Part shown: positions 30,240 through 45,324 of the stretch, piece after piece
Position numbering within the stretch: the stretch's first letter is position 1
How the letters are laid out: the number at the start of each line of letters is the position of its first letter
DNA from: Eledone cirrhosa
Lineage: Eukaryota
DNA length: 64,000 nt
Assembly: GCA_964016885.1 (NCBI GenBank)
Contig: OZ024742.1
Coordinates: forward strand, 238,142,001-238,206,000
Reading direction: 5' to 3'
Made by a program: the position numbers and the translations under genes
The notes under the pieces: generated by a model
Told to the model about the DNA's origin: nothing
Seen by the model: only the letters and a program-made list of their open reading frames with translations
Database searches by the model: none

Positions 30240-31727
30240 ATAAATAATGTATATGTAGCATAAATAATGTATATGTAGCATATCTATAGTGCATATATAT
30301 GAAGTATAGTGTATATACCGTGTGCGTTACAACGACATTGGTTCCACGCTATATTGGATTTTGCCTTTTCCTTAGACAACATCGATGGCTTGAAGAGGGG
30401 AGGCAGATATACTTGAGTGATTTATAGGTTTGTCTTGAAGAAGGAATTTTCTGGTAAAAACCCGTGATCAGTCATGATCGACAGGGGCCTTTTGTAGCTG
30501 CAAATATCCTGATCTGTGAAGGTAATTTGATGTATTGCAGGCATTTAGGTAACAACTCTTCCCACTCAGAATTGAGGGAATGGATCTTAGGAACACTATG
30601 AATCCACAAACACTTAATTCCTCATAGGATTGTAGGGGCGCCATCGGGATGTCATATAAAGTTTCTGCAATTGCCGTATCTTGGTTGGTTCTGTAGACAT
30701 TGTCTTTCATATCTTGTGTTGAATTCAGTTTAGGCAATAGTGTCATTTGGGATATAGTAATAGCTACTAGCACTATATGCCAAATACATTGATATAGCTT
30801 GCTTTGGCTGGATACGTTAACTGTCTATTTATTTCTATTTTCCTTCTATTTATCTCACTGTCCGATATTTTGAATTAAAATAGTTCTAGTAATTCTGTAT
30901 GTTTCCATGTGTGAAGGTGCGTGGCTTAGTGGTAAAGCTGTTCGGTTCTCACTCACGACCGGTACATAATACTTCTATTATACTTACTAATATTATGTTT
31001 CCATTAAACTGTTACGAATTTCTTTATCTCGATAATTCATTTAATATAAAAGCGATCGTTGGTAACATTTCATATTCAAATGAACTAGATCACACGTCGG
31101 AGGATATTAAAACAATAACTAATAATATTTTACGACCAGACCGTTCGAACGGAACCTGGTCGTTAAGTAAATATTTTGTTTACTGATCAAATCGCTTTAC
31201 AACCTGATCATTAGAACAAAACCTGACCATTAGACCATTTACTACCGACCTGCTCGAAACACAATTGGTTCTGTGAAACAAAACCAGCCATTATCAAGGG
31301 TTCCTGTTTAAATTAAAATTTGACAAAATTTGATATAAGAACCTTTAACGAAGTAATATATGAATTAAGTAAATCTCTCATTGATTGATTAAGATACAGT
31401 GTATTTTATTAAAGATATGGCAATGAGGGAAGCTCGGTTACCGAATAATTCGCTTTACTTAGCTTGAGCTATAACTTGGTCGAGAAGTAAGGACTGTCTA
31501 AATATGTTGATGTTACTTTTTAACTGATCTTCCATTTACCATCCCAATTCAATGCTACAAGAAACGTCCATTGATCAATCCTTTCAACTACTATATATAT
31601 CGTGCTAATTTTCTGCTGCTCAGTTATTAACATCTCTTTTGTTACTCAACATTTCGTTTCAGTTTATATATATATAAGCATGAAGTACAAGTCAAGAGGT
31701 TATAAGTACCTTCGTTTATTCATAATC

Positions 31728-31786
31728 GCTGTTATATATATTTCGGTGATAACCGTTATGCAACAGTTATGGCCTCATCAGACAGC
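31728..31786 (-). ncRNA. Type I HHR
   Basis: GCTGT-CTGATGA-GGCCATAACTGTT GCAT AACGGTTATCACC-GAAA-TATATA-TA-ACAGC. Confidence 0.88.
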
Positions 31787-31908
31787 TAGAAATTGAACAG
31801 AAAAAACGTAAAAACATAAAGATGCAATAAACCCTACTTCTGTTGTTTCAATTGAATGATATGCTCCGGGCTGAAATTTGGTGTTGCTTTCTCAAGACTC
31901 CGATAGCA

Positions 31909-32093
<185 letters not shown>

Positions 32094-32210
32094 GTGTGTA
32101 TATATATATATGTATATGTATATATATATATGTGTGTGTGTGTGTATATATATATGTATATGTGTATATGTATATGTGTATATATATATATATATATGTG
32201 TGTGTGTATA

Positions 32211-32295
<85 letters not shown>

Positions 32296-32300
<5 letters not shown>

Positions 32301-32400
32301 ATGTCTCCAAACGATGTATACACACTTTGATTACCTGTACAGGCAATATTCATTAGAATGCTGTCGAAGTATGTATACATTTTGGGAGGACACACTGTAT
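32296..32400. mobile_element. Tc1/mariner-like MITE in (TA)n
   Basis: Imperfect ~30 bp TIRs TAGGATGTCTCCAAACGATGTATACACACTT / AAGTATGTATACATTTTGGGAGGACACACTGTA. Confidence 0.6.
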
Positions 32401-32409
32401 ATATATATA

Positions 32410-32464
<55 letters not shown>

Positions 32465-32696
32465 CTTGTATTGGTATTTTGTTCTTATTTTCTGCAGACA
32501 ACAGATATTTTGTGCAAGGATCTGTTGTTATTTTCAACTTATGCATCTATCTTTAGTTTTATGAATGCATAATCAACTATGATTTCATATGTAAAGAGAG
32601 TTGAGAGGTATGGTTAGGGAGAGAAGAAGGGAGAGAAAGGGTGTTGTTAGCAAGAGAAGAGGAGAAAGTTGTTGTGAGGGAGAATCAGTGAGAGAC

Positions 32697-32738
<42 letters not shown>

Positions 32739-32789
32739 TTACCGTGTGTGAAAGAAATGAAACAAGAGAGAGAGGGGGAGAGAGAGAAT

Positions 32790-32870
<81 letters not shown>

Positions 32871-33636
32871 AAAGAGAGAGAGAGAAATAGCGAGGGAGAG
32901 TGTCAGAGGGAAACAGTTAGAGTCTGAAATTTGGTGAGAGAGAAAGTTAAGGTGTGTGAGATCGATAGTTAAAGAGATTGTTAGTGAGAGAATGAGAATG
33001 AGTGTGAGTGAGGGTAAAAGAGAGAGTTACGATGTCTGAGAGAGCTAGTTAAGAAAACTGTTAGCGAGTGGGAGGAGGAAAGTTAGCGAATATGAAAGAA
33101 AAGGGAGATAGTTAGTTAGGGAGATAGAATGTCGAAAAGAAATAAAATTCGAGAATTCATGTTTATGTATGCAGATATTGGTCTTTAGCAAACAGCAGAT
33201 TATTTTACAACTGGCTCTGTTAACATTTATATTTGTGTATGGTTTTACAGCGTCTGCATGTATGTCGTGTCTGGTATATATGTACATATAATTAATAACT
33301 ATACCAATATAAAATGCATAGTATAGTTTCATACTAGCGATCGGGTGGTTGGCAACTCGAGTAGATTTGAAAATATCTACTCTGTTAATACTGTGTAAAG
33401 CGTTGGTCAAGCTGGAAAGGGGGTGTTGGAGTTGAGACTAAGCATAGTGTCACGTGATAAAGATAGTTAGGAGAAACTTTGGCTGTTTTTCTTTTACCTG
33501 CTCCAATTACAGAAAGCAAAGAAACTGTAAACACACACATACAGACAGACACCCACGTATCCCCTCACTCTCAAGAGCGTGAAACTAATAAACCTTTGTT
33601 CGTACTGCCTCTCTGTTTTGTTCCCGTTCAATTTTT

Positions 33637-33686
<50 letters not shown>

Positions 33687-33692
<6 letters not shown>

Positions 33693-34668
33693 AAAAAAGA
33701 TGAAATCGAAAATGTAACTGGAGTCTTTTTAAGAATATTTATTTGTTTCCTTTACCGGTTTCACAGTTCTTTTGCTTTCCAAAAGTAGAATTAAGATGGA
33801 GGGTTTGTGGTTTTTCTCGCATCTGGTTGGTGTTCGAATGTTACTTCCGTTTTATGTGGAAAAAAGTGGCTCGAAATGCTTGGTTTTTTTAGAAAAGTTA
33901 TTTTGGTTGGTTGATGACTGTCACGTGAATAAGTATAATAAATTTCGCACCAGTTCGCGTTACAAAGTTCTTATTATATTTGCCTTTAAAAAAAGGCGGG
34001 GGGAGGGGGAGGCTCAGATTGCTTTTTACATATATGAGTGAAGTTTTGTTGGTTGATATAGCCACGTGAATGAGCACATCAACTTTCGCGCCAGTTCGTT
34101 TATTCCACTTAAAAAAGTGGCTCAAAAAGTTGTTTTTTTTATACTGGCGCGAAATGTAATGTACTTATTCACGTGACAGTCATAACCAATCAAATTACAT
34201 TTATTAAAAAAAAAACTTTTTGAGCCACTTTTTTAAGTGAAATAAACCCTCATACACGAACTGGCGCGAAAGTTGATGTGCTCATTCACGTGGCTATATC
34301 AACCAACAAAATTTCACTCATATATGTAAAAAGCAATCTGAGCCTCCCCCCTCCCCCGCCTTTTTTTAAAGGCAAATATAATAAGAACTTTGTAACGCGA
34401 ACTGGTGCGAAATTTATTATACTTATTCACGTGACAGTCATCAACCAACCAAAATAACTTTTTTTAAAAACCTACCATTTGGAGCCACTTTTTTCCACAT
34501 AAAACGGAAGTAACATTCGAACACCAACCAGATGCGAGAAAAACCACAAACCCTCCATCTTAATTCTACTTTTGGAAAGCAAAAGAACTGTGAAACCGGT
34601 AAAGGAAACAAATAAATATTCTTAAAAAGACTCCAGTTGCATTTTCGATTTTATCTTTTTTCCTTATA
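33687..34668. repeat. Large inverted repeat (~450 bp arms, ~65 bp spacer)
   Basis: 33687-34140 versus 34206-34668, few mismatches and one ~11 bp indel. Confidence 0.92.
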
Positions 34669-34732
34669 CTTTCAGTCCTGTAAGACATCTCGGTTTTTTT
34701 TATTTTGAAAAAAACTCATTTTCTTGGAAGAG

Positions 34733-34770
34733 ATTTTGACGTTTCGAACATAAGTCCTTCTTCAGGAAAG
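34733..34770 (-). ncRNA. Minimal type I HHR candidate
   Basis: TTTC-CTGAAGA-AGGACTTATGTTC-GAAA-CG-TC-AAAA; weak stem I. Confidence 0.6.
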
Positions 34771-34889
34771 GGAGATTTCAGAGAGAGAGAGAGGGTTGGA
34801 ACATCGGACTTTGGGAAAAAATAATTTATATATGTATGACACATACATCCATCTCAGAATTTCAGAAATTAAACAGACATGCTTCGTCT

Positions 34890-34926
<37 letters not shown>

Positions 34927-34937
34927 CCTTACTTCCC

Positions 34938-34968
<31 letters not shown>

Positions 34969-35486
34969 GTGTATATAAAGTGCTGCAGAGAACACATTTA
35001 AAATTTGTACATTATAAATTTGTACGTTAAAAAGCCAAGTATTACCTTCATTTGCTCATAATCCTGTCAAAATCGGCTTTCCTTCTGTGAAACAAAACCA
35101 CCTATTTAAATGGTTCTTATATAAATTAAAAATTCGCAACATAATCTTATATAGTCATATGTTAGATTACTGTTTTAGTATAATTAAATAATTTATAATT
35201 TTATTAATTCACTCCAAATTCTTCATTAGTTAATTGAAATAGTGAATTTCATTAGAAATGTTACGAGAGGGTTCAACAGCTCCTTGAGAAAAAATATAAA
35301 ATCTAAGCGGTGAACTATATATCAGGTATGCATCCTCGTGTAGTTAACAATATAGAATGTTATTAACGATTTGTATTCACACCAACATTTATTTCATTTG
35401 TACTTTTGTCGACTTTTCTTCGTCTTCAGCAAAACTTACACACACACTCCCTCTAACTCAATGTATTATTATTGCCCGTGGGTTAG

Positions 35487-36360
35487 GCGGTGGATTAGCG
35501 GAATCGTTAACGCGTCGAACACGTCGAACAATATTCTTTGCGGCATTTAAAGTTCTGAATTCAAATCTTGCCGAGGTTAGTTTTGCTTTTCATCTTTTCC
35601 AGGCAGATAACATAAATTACTAATAACGCACTGGGATCGATTTAATCGACTTTTCCCTTCCCTTCAAATTTTTGATCTTGTGTCAAAAGTAGAAACAATT
35701 AGGGCAGTATATTGGCAGAATTGTTAGAGTGTCGGTCAATATGCTTTACAACATGGAGTCATGGCCCTTTACATTTTGAGTTCAAATCCCGCCGAGGTTA
35801 ACTTTGCCTTTCATCCTTACAGGGTCGATAAAATAAGGTACCAGTAATGTACTGGGGTCGATTTAATCAACTTTCCCCTTCCTTTCAAAGTGCTGGTCTT
35901 GTGACAAAAGTAGAAACCACTATTATTGCACACTTGGATGGCGGTGGATTAGAAAAATCGTCAGAGCATCGAACAATGTGCTTCGTGGGATTTGTTCCAA
36001 TACTTTACATTCTGTGTCCAAATCTTGCTGAGATAAATTTGCCTTTAATATTTCCGAGGTCGATATAATAAAGTACCAGTCATGTACTGGCCTTGTGCGT
36101 ACATAAGAAATCAATATTATTGCGTGTGTGGATTGGCAGTATCGGTAGAGGGTCGGACGCCATGCTTTGCAGCAAAGAGTTAAGGCCCTTGCCATTCTGA
36201 GTTCAAATCCCACCGAGGTTAACTTTGCCTTTCATCCTTACGGGGTCGATAAAATAAAGTACCTGTAATACACTGAGATAATTGCTGGCCTTGTGCCAAA
36301 AGTAGAAACAAATATTATGTGTGGGATTGGCAGATTTGTTAGATCGTCGGAGAAATGTCA
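35487..36360 (+). mobile_element. Head-to-tail stack of four SINEs plus a fifth SINE head
   Basis: Units at ~35487, 35702, 35938, 36128 and 36320 with differing divergence. Confidence 0.85.
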
Positions 36361-36684
36361 ACCGCTATGTCTTCCAGATATTTGACTTCCATAGTCACTG
36401 TTACAGATAGTAGATTCTACAATAATTTATTATTTTACTTTGGTGTTTATAGGTAGACTAAATCTAACGTGGAGTAGTCCATTAAGACACTCCGAGTCGC
36501 TTTATTTATTAGCTATTCTAACTATAGTGCTACACTGTAGATACATGGTACCGAAATAACAGACTCAATGGAATATCTATTGAAATATACTGTTAACTTC
36601 CTTCTTCCCAACAATACTAGTTACAACTACAACCATTAAATCAAATGACATACCACATACACACAGATACATACACACATATAG

Positions 36685-36750
<66 letters not shown>

Positions 36751-37037
36751 GCGTACACACACACACACACAACACACCACACACACATGCAAACAAGACA
36801 AAACTAAAAGGAAGTGTTCGCAATACTTCTACATCATTCACTGGTGTGTAGAAGTAAAGATATCACGCACGCACACACACAGAAGCAGACACAGACATAC
36901 TCATATATCACCAAGAAATACATCGTGTATTCGGGGCTAAAATCAATATAAAAACTGTAAATTGGAATTATCGGATGTACTTTCTAACCTCCCATACATC
37001 TGTGTGTACGCAGGTGGCAGATGAATGTATGAGTGCG

Positions 37038-37103
<66 letters not shown>

Positions 37104-37164
37104 TATATATGTATATATATATGTATAAATATATATATGTGTGTATATATATATGCGTGTATAT

Positions 37165-37218
<54 letters not shown>

Positions 37219-37219
37219 C

Positions 37220-37251
<32 letters not shown>

Positions 37252-37424
37252 GTATATATATATGTGTGTATATATATATGCGTGTATATATATATATATA
37301 TATAATATATATATATATAATATATATATATGCATAATATATATATATATACACATACATATATATGTATATATATATATGTATTTATATATATATATAT
37401 ATATATGTATAAATATAATGTGTG

Positions 37425-37458
<34 letters not shown>

Positions 37459-37533
37459 TATATATATATATATATATGTATATATAATATATATATATAT
37501 GTATATATATGTATACACATACATAAATATATT

Positions 37534-37570
<37 letters not shown>

Positions 37571-37593
37571 AAATATATATATGTGTGTATATA

Positions 37594-37660
<67 letters not shown>

Positions 37661-40188
37661 GTGTGTGTGTTGGAGTCAACTATTTTATCTTCCTAATAAC
37701 AAGGCTTACATGACTATTTCATCGATATCGTGTTTCCTGTACTTACGTTTATTCTTGTATATTTATCTACATTTATCCGTACCAGTGAAATAAGTACGTC
37801 GAAGGTTCACAAGACATTATTTGAAGAATCACATAAAAGTGAAAACCCCTGCCGCCAGTAAGATTATTTCACAGAGAGACGATCGTATCATGTCGATGTT
37901 TCATAAAGAAACAACAAACTTGATTTGGTTAGGAATTAATCCCAATAGAAGGATATTTTCATCATCTGTAACATCCGGTAGAAATGCGGTTGAATAAAAA
38001 TAGTAAGAAAATGTATTATTCTCCTATACTGAACAGTATGACCTAACGGTTATTGTAAGATTCCACTGCGGTGGGTTCGATCCCACTGCGTGTTATGTTG
38101 AGCAAATGTCATTAACCATGGCCTCGAGTTTACCCATACCTTATGAGTGAAATTCTACTGTAGTCAACTTTAGGGGAATAGAAATATTAAGGTGGGTCGT
38201 GGAAGTGTATTAGTGAAATAGCATCAAAAGGAAATTTATATCGTGTTGAAGACCTAAGACATTTATGCAGGATTTGATATTAGACGGTGAATACGAAATA
38301 CTCTAAATGGGTTTCCACTATTTCAGCCATTATTCCAAATAAAGTATTAATCCTGGGACGGTGGATTTCGTAGAATTGTTGAATAGTTGAACGGGATGCT
38401 TTGGGGTATCTATTCCAGCTCTGTCCAGCCTACATCAATCAGGTGTTGTCACTGGCAGTGTGTGTATGAATGTGTGTGTTGGACCTTGGTCATTTTTGGC
38501 GATGAATGTTTTATTTGTTTGACAAACGGAACAGCCACTTCGGGAAATGTACGTACTAGTAGCTGTACATTCCGCAGTCACGTATACCCTTAACGTAATT
38601 GAAGTAGCACTCAATTTTTGAGAGCTGAGCGGATTGGAGTAACATGAAATAAAGTATCTTGCTCGGAAATTGAACTCTTAACCTTAACCTGTAAGTCACG
38701 AGCATTTAGTCCGGCATGAAATATCAGCAAAAGAAAGACCAATGGATATATTAGCTAGTTGTAGCACTAACACACAGCGATACTTATATATGTTTATCTA
38801 ACATAAACATATTGTATATGCTTTCATAAAATTGTTTCCTAGTACTGATCTGACGATCGCTTCCTTTCTTTTCAGTTCAACTGATATCCTAAGTACAGCA
38901 AGACACATGTATATTTATTTAGCATAAACATATTGTATATGATTTAATATAAAAATGTCTCCTTGGCCTGTGATGACAATCGCTTCTTTTTCATTCTGTT
39001 CAAAAGACATCCTATGTAACAGTGATACATTTGGAGATATATTCAATATCCGCAGCAATAGAATAATGAACTCGAGTGTCTCGTAGGAAATTAATTTTCT
39101 ACGAAAGAATCAAGCCAAACATTATAAACAGTATCTGTCAACCGTTTTCTACGTTGGCGCGGGTAGGATGTGTCCGTTTCTGTTCGAGATTTGGCTGGTC
39201 GGGAAACTCCGTCTTGCTCATACGTTCCACATTTGGCAGAGTTTCTACAGAAAAATGATTAAAAGGAAATTAAATTTAACAACACCCCCGTCATCATCAT
39301 TCTCATCATCATCATGTTTTATCTGCTCTGAGAGATAGGATGCCATAGACCATTCCAATGATTTTAATTAATTAACTACGGGTGTTGACTGTAATCTCTT
39401 ACACAGAGTCCTGTAGGATGGCGCAGGATTTGAACACAGAATACGAATAGTTGAAACAAATGCCGTTATGTTATTACTATTTTATTTTATTTCTAGATAG
39501 GCATGTGACTGTGTAGTTAGAGTGTTTGCCTCACAATTGTGAGGTTCCGCGTACGATTTCTGGATCAGGCGGTGTGTTGTATCCTTCAACAAGACACTTT
39601 ATTTCACATTGCTGGAGTTCACTCAGCTAAAAGATGATTTGCGACGCCACTGATGTTAAGTTTTATCGGCCTTTGGCTTTCCCTTGGGTAACATCTGTGT
39701 CGTGCAGAGAGGAGGTTTGTATGGATGGACGACTGTTGGACTTCCATAGAAACCCTTTGTCCGGTCGGTCCTGTGCCACGGAAAGAAATGTTCTAGGCGT
39801 AAACCCATGATCAGCCATAACAAAAGAGTGACTGTAATGTTGATCTAATGATTATTTTGTTTATAATTTTTGCACAACGCCAACAATTTAGGGAAAGGTA
39901 AAGTCGATTAAATCAGTCTTGTACCAACGTTAGAAATAATGATTTTACTTGCTTCAGTTATCAGACTCCGACCATGCTGAGACAGAGTCTTGATATAGTC
40001 GATCAGAACAGTAGTGTTAATGTTTTCAAGTGTAGTACTTTTATAATTGGTCTGAAATTTGTCGTGACGTCAACTTGTAGGATGTAAACACAGACAGATC
40101 CACAAACATAAACAGAGGCATGAACGTACGGACGGTGACACACACATACACGCACACACACACACACACACACAGACATATATATACG

Positions 40189-40613
40189 ATATTAAACAAA
40201 TGGAAACTATATTTATAAAACCATATTTATTTCATTATACATATTTCAGGGATACCATATTAAAAATATGGCATGCCTTCTTCGGATAAAATACAATATA
40301 TAAGCAGTTTTATAAATAAATTTGACGTACCATAAATATTGAACAAACAACTTCCATTTGGAAGTTGTTCAATATTTATGGTACGTCAAATTTATTTATA
40401 AAACTGCTTATATATTGTATTTTATCCGAAGAAGGCATGCCATATTTTTAATATGGTATCCCTGAAATATGTATAATGAAATAAATATGGTTTTATAAAT
40501 ATAGTTTCCATTTGTTTAATATCGTATATCTACTCCAAAACTTGTTGAGTGCTTTATATCAGTTATAAAATATTTACTCGTTGTAACCCAACAATTTAAA
40601 ATAAAACTTTTGC
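40189..40613. mobile_element. Family B fold-back element (HHR core mutated to CCGAAGA)
   Basis: Near-perfect arms ~40186-40345 and ~40366-40528 around ACAACTTCCATTTGGAAGTTGT. Confidence 0.85.
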
Positions 40614-40703
<90 letters not shown>

Positions 40704-40705
<2 letters not shown>

Positions 40706-41136
40706 CGTCCCAGTTTCAGATTTCTTTTTCGCTTGCTTTCTACCTAGCCTAATTTCATACATACTCCTTAGAATTTGCTGTATAGAATTCACTTTCAACG
40801 CTTGACCGGTTCCACCCACTCCCTATTTGTTGTAAAGGCAAGTTCAGCCACCCCCACCTCCTACCCACCGCCATGAAAGATTTAATTGTGTTTACAAGAA
40901 ACTTTGACCAATCCTTTTGACAACTACAATCTTCCCATATAAGGAATTACCCCTTGAAAAGTTCGGCTATTTATTACCACGCTAAAAATTCTAATTTAGT
41001 CCAGAAATAGCCGTCGAAACGGCTTGAACTCTGCCGTCGGGGTTAAACATTTTCATATTACCCACTCTACTACCCTAAATATTGAGTACTCTGGTGCGTT
41101 ATGGTCCATCTGGTTCCTTACCACACGTCCTTCGTT
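40704..41136 (+). mobile_element. Non-inverted long family A copy with a complete but degenerate HHR at 40947-41046
   Basis: TTACCCC-TTGAAAA-GTTCGGCTATTT..AAATAGCCGTC-GAAA-CGGC..GCCG-TC-GGGGTTAA. Confidence 0.75.
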
Positions 41137-41187
41137 ATATATATATATAATAAATTGAAAGTGAATAACCAACTTATAACATGATTT

Positions 41188-41278
41188 TACTCTACGTACG
41201 TTTCAATGTACAACAGCCGACCATACCTCAATTTATGTATTAGGCATTAGTCTGCTGTTCTACATATCTTCAGGAATA
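41188..41278 (-). ncRNA. Type I HHR within a TA/CA-flanked element (~41150-41590)
   Basis: TATTC-CTGAAGA-TATGTAGAACAGC..GCTGTTGTACATT-GAAA-CGTACG-TA-GAGTA. Confidence 0.85.
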
Positions 41279-41587
41279 TAAATGCTGTTACAAGCATCGA
41301 GATACAAACATGCAAAAAGTGACATCATAATACAGATTAGACTCATATGATATGAACAAAAAACAGCATGCCAAGTTGTTATATTTAAAAGCAACACAAG
41401 ATGTAATCAAAAGCAGATTTAGAAGCAAAATTTGAGCTCTGCAGTTTGTTTTAACATTCTATAACGTAATCTACAAAGGTCGAAAAAGCATTCTGCCTTT
41501 TGTGTCACTGATTTACCAAGGATACTAATTAGCATTGAGCTTCTATAAACTTTACCAGAACATATATTGGTAAACTCCAATATAACC

Positions 41588-41705
<118 letters not shown>

Positions 41706-41949
41706 ATGTTTATTATTTCAAATGAAATAATAGATCACAGAGAAATATGTGCACGTCCATAAACCATATTCAAAATAATGTCATAATGTCATGAGGGAGA
41801 TAAAATAAAAGCTGCCCATGCGCTTCTATCATTAGCTTTTTGCTGAATTGCGGGGACTTTTGCATTCAGTTCTTTTGTGACCATTCTTTGGAATGTGATC
41901 TTTGTCACTTGCGGTAACCTCCTGGTAGTTGATGTATCAGAAGACACTC

Positions 41950-43132
<1,183 letters not shown>

Positions 43133-43142
43133 TCTCTCTCTG

Positions 43143-43175
<33 letters not shown>

Positions 43176-43199
43176 ATCAGAAACATAGATAATAGGGTC

Positions 43200-44510
43200 C
43201 AAATGCACCATAGACAGCTCAATGAATAATTGCGAAAAGAAGCCAAATTCAAATTTATTTCTGCGACTCTTCACCTACGAGCCTCTCGTCCTCTCGTGCT
43301 GCCCACTTGCGCCGACTCACCGCACCGAGTACACTTCTGACTTTACGAAACGTCTCCGGAACAGAGTCAACATCAAACTAATTGAGGGTGACGTTTTGGC
43401 TGCATTAAATTTGCTGGTCTCGAGGGACACTGTATTCCGGCCTACATCTGATGTCTTATCAATGCTTCGCCATAAACACCCGGACCCCCCAAGCCCACAT
43501 TAGGGACATCCAAGCCCCGACCAGTAATCTTTTTTTGATCGCGTCAAGTGAAGACGTAGTAGCTGCCCTGAGATCCTTCCCAGTGGAGGAATGGACGGCT
43601 TTTGCCCCGGCCACCTCAAAGACCTCACGCTTTCTAGGCAGGAGTACAATTGCTCCAGTTGATCACAACCCTCAACAACTGTCTTCTCTGTGACAAATTG
43701 CACTGCCATGCCCGCAATCTTTTCTTCTCAGCCGGTCTGACGGCTCTGTGGAAGAATGATGGTGGTGTCCCTCCCATAGCAGTGTACAAATTCTTCCGAC
43801 GACTTGCAGCGAAGATAGTTTGCGAGTCAGTCAAAGATGACCTGAACGAAGGGCTAAGCCCTGTCTAGCTCGGTGTGGAAATCAAGTTTGAGGCTGAATT
43901 CCACGATGTCGTACTCATAATCAATCCGGTCCTGTCTGGTGACTAAGTAGGCAGACATGTTGAGAATGGTGGAGAGGCTGCGCCCTATTGACATGCACCA
44001 ATACTCTTCCTTCCGAGGAACTGCTTCGCCCTTCCCAAATTCTTTTTCACGCTGCGATGTGCGAATTTTCACCCTCACGCAGATCATCTCGATGAACTCG
44101 AAGCTACCATCCGACGTTTAGAGAATTCGTCTGGTGTCCTTGGGCCCCGTACAGACGAGCTCCTTCGTAAAATCAGAACGTCAGCAGCCCGTCTAAGGAT
44201 GGTGCTGCAAGGTGGCGTGGCTGTTGGGACGGATGTCGCTGGCCATTGTCCATGGAAATGCCTTTGCAGCTTTGTCAGCGGGACGCAGCCAAACACCTAG
44301 ACGTAAAACTTTTCCGAGACGTAAAACTTGTCACCTTCTCCCCTCCCACTTCACTTTTTTTCGTGGCCTCATACTCCTGCTATTTCCCTCCTTTTCTCAT
44401 TTATGGCATTTATAGTCCTTTACTTTCCTATAATAACCAGATGTGCTCTTCTTTACTCCTTCTCACCCTTTTCATTATTTATATGATTATGTAAACTTAA
44501 TAAACTTTTT
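43200..44510 (+). mobile_element. CRE-clade-like non-LTR retrotransposon remnant
   Basis: KNDGGVPPIAV..FRRLAAK..LGVE and C-terminal GRMSLAIVHGNA; its 3' UTR recurs at ~56113-56230. Confidence 0.7.
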
Positions 44511-44763
44511 TTTTAATGATTTGATGTTTTTAATTCCAAAACAGAGAGAGACGTAAGAAAAATAAATTTAAATCAACGATGTTTACACTTGCCTGTCCAC
44601 TTGTTGCTGAATTTTATCCAACCCATCTTCTCAGAGCTATATATATGTGTATATATTTATATACAAAATTAAGATAAATCAAAATGAATTTAATCTAAAT
44701 TCATTTGTAAAAATTATCTCGTGTGATTATTCATGTTTATTTATATGTTAATCAATTTCTAGT

Positions 44764-44836
<73 letters not shown>

Positions 44837-44894
44837 TATATATATATATATATATGTGTGCGTGTGTGTGTGTGTGTATATGAATATATATATG

Positions 44895-44927
<33 letters not shown>

Positions 44928-45032
44928 GTATATATATATGTATATATATATGTACATATATATACATATATATATATATGTATATATATATGTATATATA
45001 TACATATGTATGTGTATATGTATATATTTATA

Positions 45033-45086
<54 letters not shown>

Positions 45087-45120
45087 TATACACACACACA
45101 CACACGCACACATATATATA

Positions 45121-45263
<143 letters not shown>

Positions 45264-45324
45264 TTATATATATATGTGTATATATATATATATGTATATG
45301 TATATGTATATATATATATAGATA

